A stretch of 64,000 nt of DNA, from contig CAVWGG010000021.1 in the NCBI GenBank assembly GCA_963754535.1, positions 19,919 to 83,918 on the forward strand, read 5' to 3'. Position numbers and translations under genes: made by a program. The notes below the pieces were generated by a model. The model was given only the letters and a program-made list of their open reading frames with translations. It was not told the DNA's origin and ran no database searches. Origin of the DNA: an uncultured Gammaproteobacteria bacterium (lineage in GTDB: Bacteria > Pseudomonadota > Gammaproteobacteria > Steroidobacterales > Steroidobacteraceae). Shown here one piece after another: positions 55,857 to 61,956 of this stretch (position 1 is its first letter; every line of letters starts with the position of its first letter).

Positions 55857-57725
55857 TCAGTCGACCTTCTTGAGCGGCTCGTAGCGCCGGCCGCCGGTTT
55901 CGATGAACTTGCCGAAGAACTCGACGTAATGCAGGCGCAGCGCGTGGATGGTCGGCGCGAACACGCCGAGCAGGATATTGAACGCATGCAGCAGCACAGC
56001 GACCGCGATACCCATCCAGACGCTGCCGGCGGCGCCGGCGAGCTCGTTGGCGACGTACGCGAGCAGCACCGACGCGAGGCCGACGGCCATGATGCGCGCG
56101 TAGGACACGATGTTGCCGAGGTGCCGGAGCAACTCGAAAGGCGCCAGCAGTCCGCCCGTCAGCAGCAGCACCGGGCCGATCACCAGCATCGCCATCAGCA
56201 GTGGCTTCCTGAGCAGTGCGGCGACCGGTGCGAAATAGGACGCGAGCACTCCCGCCATGCAGAGCAAGGCCAGGATGCTGAACAGCCTGGCCATCGCTTC
56301 GCGCTTCCGGTGTCCCTTCAGTGACGAGACGATGCCCAGGACCAGCCCGACGAGCACGTGGACGGCGCCGACAGCCAGCGCGAAGTAGAGCATCGGCACG
56401 ATCGACGTGCGCCTGTCGATGCAGGCCGGGCCGAGGCCCAGCCACTGCGCGCCCAGTTCACCGAAGCACTCGCCGTACAGCGCCCCGAAAATGATCGAGT
56501 AAACGGAGGCAACCGCCAGGATCTGCCCGACCTGCTGCAGCGTTCGGCGGCCCCTGGCGAACACGACGAGACCGATCGCCACCAGCAACAACACGAGCCC
56601 ATAGCCGATGTCGCCGAGGATCATGCCGAAGAACAAGGGGAAGAAGATGCCGATGAACGGCGTGGGATCGATCGAGGAGTACCGGGGCGTCGGCAAGGGG
56701 CGCAGCAACAGTTCAAAGGGCTTGAAGTACGCGGGGTTGCGCAATGCCACCGGTACCTCGTCGAGGTCCTGCTGCAGGATCTCGCGCTCCTCGACGACCA
56801 CGGTCTCGCCGTGTTTCGCGACGAGCGTCTTGCGCAGCCCCTCCACGCTCGCGGATGGCATCCAGCCGTAGAGCACGAAACAGCGGTCGGTTTCGTACAT
56901 TGACGCGCTGGTCCGCAGCAGCGCAAGGCGACGGCGCAGCCAGTCCCTTACGTTCTCGTAGAGTCCCCGCCATGAAAGCGCGAAGTCCCGGGCCTCCTTG
57001 TCGAGCGCCGCCACGTCGGCCCCCAGCGCCTCCTGACGTGCCCGTGTGGCCCGGATCTTCTCCGGCAACGACAGCCCTTCCAGATACGCAGGCAGAGCGA
57101 TCTCCGGAATGCGATTGTCGCGCAACCCTTCCTTGAGTTTGGTGGCGAGGTCCTTTTCCGTCGTGAGCAACCCGATGTAGGAACCATCCTCGGCACGTGC
57201 GGTGCGCACCTCCGCGCCCAGCAGCAAGCGGCCTGCAACGCGTGTAAGTTGCTCCAGCGCGGCGGGATCACTGACTTCGACACCGATGAACTCCAGGCCC
57301 GCGCCGTCGGCGCCCTTGGGTGCCAGCGATTCGACGGTCGAGAGGAACACGGCGTAGCGGACGAGTTGCGCCAGCTCCCCTTGCAGCGCTTCCCGTCGGC
57401 GCTCGCGCTCCTCGGCGGACTGGACGTGCTTGCCGATCACCGCCGCGATGGAGTTCACTGCACTCGGCGCACTCAGGTGAGACTCCCGTGTCTCGACGTC
57501 GGGCAGCAGGGCAAGCAGCCGATCGACCTTCACGCTCAGGTCCTCGAGGAACAGCCTTTCGGCCAGCATCCTGCCGTCGAGGGCAAGCGGGTGGACCTGG
57601 AGCGCGGCGCCTTCGTCGATTCGTCCCTTGATCTCCGGATCGATCTGCAGGACCTCGGCACGCTCGATTGTTTCGAGCACGGGCAACATCTCGTTGCGGG
57701 GACCGGTGATCTCGACCTTGGACAT
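55857..57725 (-). CDS. V/A-type ATPase subunit I (a-subunit, stator/proton channel)
   Basis: Track ORF trimmed to the ATG at 57725 (MSKVEITGPRNEMLPVLE...). 622 aa: a soluble N-terminal half plus about 7-8 TM segments. Conserved Arg context in SYARIMAVGLAS. Confidence 0.9.
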   Translation of the reverse strand: MSKVEITGPRNEMLPVLETIERAEVLQIDPEIKGRIDEGAALQVHPLALDGRMLAERLFLEDLSVKVDRLLALLPDVETRESHLSAPSAVNSIAAVIGKHVQSAEERERRREALQGELAQLVRYAVFLSTVESLAPKGADGAGLEFIGVEVSDPAALEQLTRVAGRLLLGAEVRTARAEDGSYIGLLTTEKDLATKLKEGLRDNRIPEIALPAYLEGLSLPEKIRATRARQEALGADVAALDKEARDFALSWRGLYENVRDWLRRRLALLRTSASMYETDRCFVLYGWMPSASVEGLRKTLVAKHGETVVVEEREILQQDLDEVPVALRNPAYFKPFELLLRPLPTPRYSSIDPTPFIGIFFPLFFGMILGDIGYGLVLLLVAIGLVVFARGRRTLQQVGQILAVASVYSIIFGALYGECFGELGAQWLGLGPACIDRRTSIVPMLYFALAVGAVHVLVGLVLGIVSSLKGHRKREAMARLFSILALLCMAGVLASYFAPVAALLRKPLLMAMLVIGPVLLLTGGLLAPFELLRHLGNIVSYARIMAVGLASVLLAYVANELAGAAGSVWMGIAVAVLLHAFNILLGVFAPTIHALRLHYVEFFGKFIETGGRRYEPLKKVD

Positions 57726-57726
57726 C

Positions 57727-58056
57727 CTAACCAGCACGGGATGACCTCGGGACGATGCAGGCGATGTGCCGGGTGACGAGGCTTCGCAACGCCTCATCGT
57801 CCAGTTGTTCGATGGCTCGTGTCGCGTCCTGCGCCTGGCTCACGATCTCCGCGGCGCTCTTGCCTGCAGCCTCGCGCGCTGCAGCTTCGCCCTGGCTCGA
57901 ACTGCCTTGCAGGCGACCCATCTCGGTGGCGTGTTCCGCCTGTAGCTGGCGCCGGGCATCCTCGAGCCACTGGCTCGCTTTCTCGCGCTCGGCGTCGAGC
58001 TTCTCCCGGATTTCCTCTTCGACGCCGAGGATCTCTTGCAGGGTGCTTTGCTGCAT
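57727..58056 (-). CDS. V/A-type ATPase subunit G/H-like peripheral stalk protein
   Basis: Track ORF trimmed to the ATG at 58056 (MQQSTLQEILGVEEEIREKLDAEREKA...). 109 aa, charged helix. The stop lies 1 nt before the start of I. Confidence 0.7.
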   Translation of the reverse strand: MQQSTLQEILGVEEEIREKLDAEREKASQWLEDARRQLQAEHATEMGRLQGSSSQGEAAAREAAGKSAAEIVSQAQDATRAIEQLDDEALRSLVTRHIACIVPRSSRAG

Positions 58057-58123
58057 CGGGCGGAACCAGGCCGCTACGGCCTGCGAGGGCTTACATTCGG
58101 CAGATCCAATGCCCCGTTTAAAA

Positions 58124-58151
58124 ATTCTAGTCCGTACTGGCACATGGGCAA
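58124..58151 (-). promoter_or_regulatory. candidate sigma-70 promoter of the V/A-ATPase operon
   Basis: On the minus strand: TTGCCC, 16 nt, then TAGAAT. It sits in the only AT-rich patch of the 206-nt leader, about 65 nt upstream of the first ATG. Confidence 0.3.
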
Positions 58152-58262
58152 TCAGGGGTTGAGGCAGTCCGCAAGGTTGGTGGGGGGACGTGAGGATGCG
58201 ACTGAGTCCAGAACACTCGTGCGAGCGTCCACGAGATCAAGCCGCCCCAGGCGTGCCAACGG

Positions 58263-59177
58263 CTACTGGACGGTCTGTTGACGCACGTACTCGCTGCGCT
58301 TCATCGCGAAATAGGTGTCGCGGTCGATTTCGCGGAGCTGGCGGGGGTAGAGTTCCGTGGCATTGAACCAGCGCTCCAGGCTCTGTTCGAAGCGCGCCGG
58401 GGCGGGCGTCGTGAGCGCGCCGAGATAGGCGTCGATGGCCAGGAAATATCTCATGGTGTTGCGCTCGATCGCACCTCGAACGCCGCCAATGAACCTGGGT
58501 TGCGGTTTGTTCCGGTCCCCGATGACCGTGAAGCCGACCTTGTCGCTGCCCGATGTCGCGAGGTACGTCTCCATCGCCAGGCGACCCACAAACCCATAGG
58601 TGTAGGAATACCGCAGGTGCACGAACGAACGCCCGCCCTCCAGTCCTACAGCCTCGAGGGAGATGCGGTAATTGGCCGTGCCCAGCGGTCCCTTGCGGGC
58701 CTTGAGTTCGACGTCCACGTAGTCTGGACGCGACGCCGCAATGCCGAAGGTGAACTCGACTCGATGGGCGCTGCTCAGTGGCTGGTCGAAATTTCTGCCG
58801 ATTGCGGTCAAGAGCACGGTGCGCCCGTCACGTGAGGCGGGACGACAGTACTTGACGTTGAGGTGCAGGATGAGCGCGTCGCACCAGTTTGCCGCGCTGG
58901 AGAATGCGTCGCTGACCGCAGCGATCGGGTAGTCGACGACGGCATAGACGTCGCCTCGCGAAGCGCCTGGGCTTTCCACGGATTCGACGTGGAGATGCTG
59001 CGGGAACGGGCTGTGTTCGAGTTGCTCGCTCAATGCCGCATGACGGGCCTGCAGGGCCGATGCCGGATCCGCTTCCGGCCCCGCGCGCGCGGCCAACGGT
59101 GCACACGCCCATGCCAGCAAGATCGCAACGCGCCCGATCATTCGCAGCCGGCAGGAAATAGCTGCCACTCGCCTCAT
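58263..59177 (-). CDS. exported hypothetical protein
   Basis: 304 aa with a signal peptide (ILLAWACAPLAARA), high GC3 and mixed alpha/beta character. No family recognised by eye. Confidence 0.65.
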   Translation of the reverse strand: MRRVAAISCRLRMIGRVAILLAWACAPLAARAGPEADPASALQARHAALSEQLEHSPFPQHLHVESVESPGASRGDVYAVVDYPIAAVSDAFSSAANWCDALILHLNVKYCRPASRDGRTVLLTAIGRNFDQPLSSAHRVEFTFGIAASRPDYVDVELKARKGPLGTANYRISLEAVGLEGGRSFVHLRYSYTYGFVGRLAMETYLATSGSDKVGFTVIGDRNKPQPRFIGGVRGAIERNTMRYFLAIDAYLGALTTPAPARFEQSLERWFNATELYPRQLREIDRDTYFAMKRSEYVRQQTVQ

Positions 59178-59290
59178 GCAGGCATCGTCCTCCAGGCGGA
59201 GACCGGCTCGATACTGTCGTACCGCGGGCCGCCAGTCGCCTCGGTAGGCCTACAGCGGATTCACACCGCGACCAACGCCGCGGGTGCGTG

Positions 59291-59944
59291 CTAGACGCGT
59301 TCTCTTGCCAGCCTGTAGAAGAGCGTGCCGTCGTAGAACGACTTGATCCGGGCGACGCTCAACGCGGGCACCGAACGGTCACCCTCGACGGCGTGCGTGT
59401 CGGCCGCGATCATCAGCAACAGCTGCCACTCCGCAATCGCCGCTACGTAGCCCGCGAGCGTCTCACGGTTCGCCTTGATCATCCGCGTGAGCTCGGTCGC
59501 CGTGAACGCCTTGTCGCCGTTGCGATCCACCGTCGAATGCACGCCGAAGACCTTGTCGAAGCGCCTGGCGTTGAACCGGCCCCGCTTGTCCAGGATGCCG
59601 GTATCACCGTCGTGCTTGCCCTTCTGGGCGTTCTCGATGTCGACGTTCATGGCCAGCAACGAGCCGCGCGTCTGCAGGCTCAAGCCTGCGACGATGGTGA
59701 GCGCGGCAGCCTCGGCCACGCCAATCGGCAGGCCCAGGGCCTTGAGCCCGCGCGTGCACTCCGCGAGGCCGATGCCGCGGTCGCCGTCGTCATCGAAGAA
59801 CGACAAGTGCCGCTGCAGCGTGGTGTCGGAGGTGCGGCTGCGCGCCTTCAGTGTGCGAGGCAGTGCACCCGCCTCCTTGCCTCCCGCCTTGCGACGGGAG
59901 GCCGAGGCTTTCGCCCGCCTTGGGGCTGCTTGCGCAAGCGTCAA
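59291..59944 (-). CDS. caleosin-related protein (EF-hand, putative heme peroxygenase family PF05042)
   Basis: 217 aa with a TTG start overlapping the upstream stop. LQRHLSFFDDDGDRGIGLAE (EF-hand loop), KGKHDGDTGILDKRGRF and SFYDGTLFYRL align with plant caleosin blocks, as I remember them. Confidence 0.8.
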   Translation of the reverse strand: MTLAQAAPRRAKASASRRKAGGKEAGALPRTLKARSRTSDTTLQRHLSFFDDDGDRGIGLAECTRGLKALGLPIGVAEAAALTIVAGLSLQTRGSLLAMNVDIENAQKGKHDGDTGILDKRGRFNARRFDKVFGVHSTVDRNGDKAFTATELTRMIKANRETLAGYVAAIAEWQLLLMIAADTHAVEGDRSVPALSVARIKSFYDGTLFYRLARERV

Positions 59945-60108
59945 GACGGCTCCGATATCTTCGCCAGCGCTTCCGCGGCAGGCTGGATCTCGGAACTGTC
60001 CACCGCGAAGTCGCCGTCACGCATGGTCCGTGCGGCTTCGTCGATGGTCATGTCCGGGCTGACGACCTTGACGTCCCGGCTCATCAGGTCCTTGAGTTGA
60101 TGATGCAT
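59941..60108 (-). CDS. 55-aa mini-ORF: collapsed CBS-pair protein remnant
   Basis: Below the track size cut-off. GGAGA RBS 5 nt before the ATG at 60108. MHHQLKDLMSRDVKVVSPDMTIDEAARTMRDGDFAVDSSEIQPAAEALAKISEPS. High GC3. The stop overlaps the caleosin start (TTGA). Confidence 0.5.
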   Translation of the reverse strand: MHHQLKDLMSRDVKVVSPDMTIDEAARTMRDGDFAVDSSEIQPAAEALAKISEPS

Positions 60109-60231
60109 CCTTGTCTCCTGTGATCAAGATTCGCGCAGCAGACGAGGCCGCGCAGGCTGTCCAACACGTGGGTATTCCAGCACCTGCGGAGGCCGCAGTC
60201 GGTGCGGTGGCGTACGATCGACGCAGAGCCG

Positions 60232-60723
60232 TCAGTGGTGCGACAGGCGATCGATCTCGGCGAAGAAACTGCGGCGCCCGCCAGTCAAGCCAAGCGCCTT
60301 CCAGGTTGGCGCGAGCCTGACGACACGGTCCTTGAACGCGTCTTCGTAATATTCGTGGTCGAGGTAGCCCTGCTGGAACTGGTAGTGCATGTTGTCCCAG
60401 TGCGTCTGCTGGGCGATCTGCCACATCCGGAACCGCCCGCGTTCCGCTTCGGTCAGCGCATCCAGCGCATTGACGTCCCCGGGATAGCCGAGTTCTGTCA
60501 GCTTGATGATGATCGGTCCGATGAACTCCGAATCGGCGGCCTGCACCAGCATGGCCTGCAACGCATCGGAACGCACCTGGTAGGTCTGCGCGAGCGCGAG
60601 CTTGCGGGCCTCTTCCATGGCACGGGTGTTCTGGCCGATCTGCTTGGCGAGGTAGATCAGCGTGACGACTACGGCCAGTGCCCCGACGACCTCGCCGATC
60701 GCTCCCCAGTCCTGCAGCGTCAT
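60232..60723 (-). CDS. hypothetical N-terminally membrane-anchored protein
   Basis: Track ORF trimmed to the ATG at 60723 (GGAGG RBS): MTLQDWGAIGEVVGALAVVVTLIYLAKQIGQN..., followed by a helical soluble domain. No family recognised. Confidence 0.65.
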   Translation of the reverse strand: MTLQDWGAIGEVVGALAVVVTLIYLAKQIGQNTRAMEEARKLALAQTYQVRSDALQAMLVQAADSEFIGPIIIKLTELGYPGDVNALDALTEAERGRFRMWQIAQQTHWDNMHYQFQQGYLDHEYYEDAFKDRVVRLAPTWKALGLTGGRRSFFAEIDRLSHH

Positions 60724-60824
60724 AGGGTGTCCTCCGTGAAAAGGGTGCACACAGTCATGCGCTCCCTATTTCACGCCGCAGCGGGCTGCGCTGCAACGCT
60801 CACCCAACGTGTGATGCGGTCCGC

Positions 60825-61691
60825 CTAAAGGGCGGCGACCCGGTTCCGCGACTCGACCCAGGTCCGGACTCGCTTGGCATCCGCGATCCGCGTGTACTTG
60901 CCATACGAGTTGAGCAGCACCATCACGACCGGGCGGCCGTCGATGACGGTCTGCATGACGAGACAGCGCCCCGCTTCCGGGATGTAGCCGGTCTTCTGCA
61001 CGTCGACCTGCCAGGCCGGGTTGGTGACCAGCAGGTTGGTATTGCGGAACTCGAGTTGCCGCCGGTTGACGGTCACCGTGTGGCGGGCAGAGGTCGAGTA
61101 GTCCCGGATCGTCCGGTTGCCTGCAGACGCCAGCACCAGTTTCGCCAGGTCGGCGGGGCTGGCCACGTTGCGGCTCGACAAGCCCGTGGGCTCGACGAAG
61201 CGCGCCGAAGTCATGCCGAGTGCGGCGGCCTTCTTGTTCATCGCCTGCACGCAAGCGCGCAGGCCGCGCGGATAGGATCGGCACAGCGCGTACGCGGCAC
61301 GGTTCTCGGACGACATCAGCGCCAGGTGCAGCAGGTTCCGCCGGCTCAGCTTGTAACCGGAGGCGAGGCGTGAGGCATTGCCGGCGGTGCCACGCACGTC
61401 ATCGGCGTTGATGGTCACGACCTGGTCCATCGACTGGCCGGCCTCGAGCACGACCAGGGCCGTCATCAGCTTGGTGATCGAAGCGATCGGCACGGCGATA
61501 CGTTCATCGCGCGCCGCGAGCACCGCGGAAGCCGACTCGTCGAGGATGTAGTACGCGTGGGAGCGCACGTCGGGGATCGTCCGGGGCGGCACGGCGCCTT
61601 GTGGGGCAGCCAGGGCGGCAAGAGGCACGAACACGGTCAGCAGGAGGCCCGCCAACGCCATCGAACCCTTTTTCCTGCGCCACTGATGCAT
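60825..61691 (-). CDS. pbpG: D-alanyl-D-alanine endopeptidase (PBP7-type, peptidase S11)
   Basis: Track ORF trimmed to the ATG at 61691. SITKLMT (SxxK), SSEN and KTGYI (KTG) boxes. Close colinearity with E. coli PbpG (from memory). Confidence 0.88.
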   Translation of the reverse strand: MHQWRRKKGSMALAGLLLTVFVPLAALAAPQGAVPPRTIPDVRSHAYYILDESASAVLAARDERIAVPIASITKLMTALVVLEAGQSMDQVVTINADDVRGTAGNASRLASGYKLSRRNLLHLALMSSENRAAYALCRSYPRGLRACVQAMNKKAAALGMTSARFVEPTGLSSRNVASPADLAKLVLASAGNRTIRDYSTSARHTVTVNRRQLEFRNTNLLVTNPAWQVDVQKTGYIPEAGRCLVMQTVIDGRPVVMVLLNSYGKYTRIADAKRVRTWVESRNRVAAL

Positions 61692-61956
61692 GTCGTCGAT
61701 TGCTCCTGCGCGAGTCTCGCAGGCCCGAGTCGCTCGCGAATCGCGCGAACTCGTGCCAAGGCGGGCGGTAGCCTGCCACAAAGCAGGAAAAAAGCCACAC
61801 ATCAGTCGACAGAACACTCGCTTCATCTCATGTGAACCACGTCACATGCGTGGCTGACATTTCCGTGCGGCGGTCACAGACGATTCCCGGCTGCCTGAGG
61901 CTAGATGTACCGAACCTAAAGAGCTGCCGGTTTTGGGGAAGGCTCGCAGAAAAAAC

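Noticed and set aside
58136-58152. Plus-strand TGGCAC-atggg-CAAT resembling a sigma-54 -24/-12 promoter
   Set aside because: The GG-N10-GC spacing fails (the position holds AT instead of GC), and nothing is transcribed in that direction. The sequence is better explained as the -35 region of the minus-strand sigma-70-like promoter.
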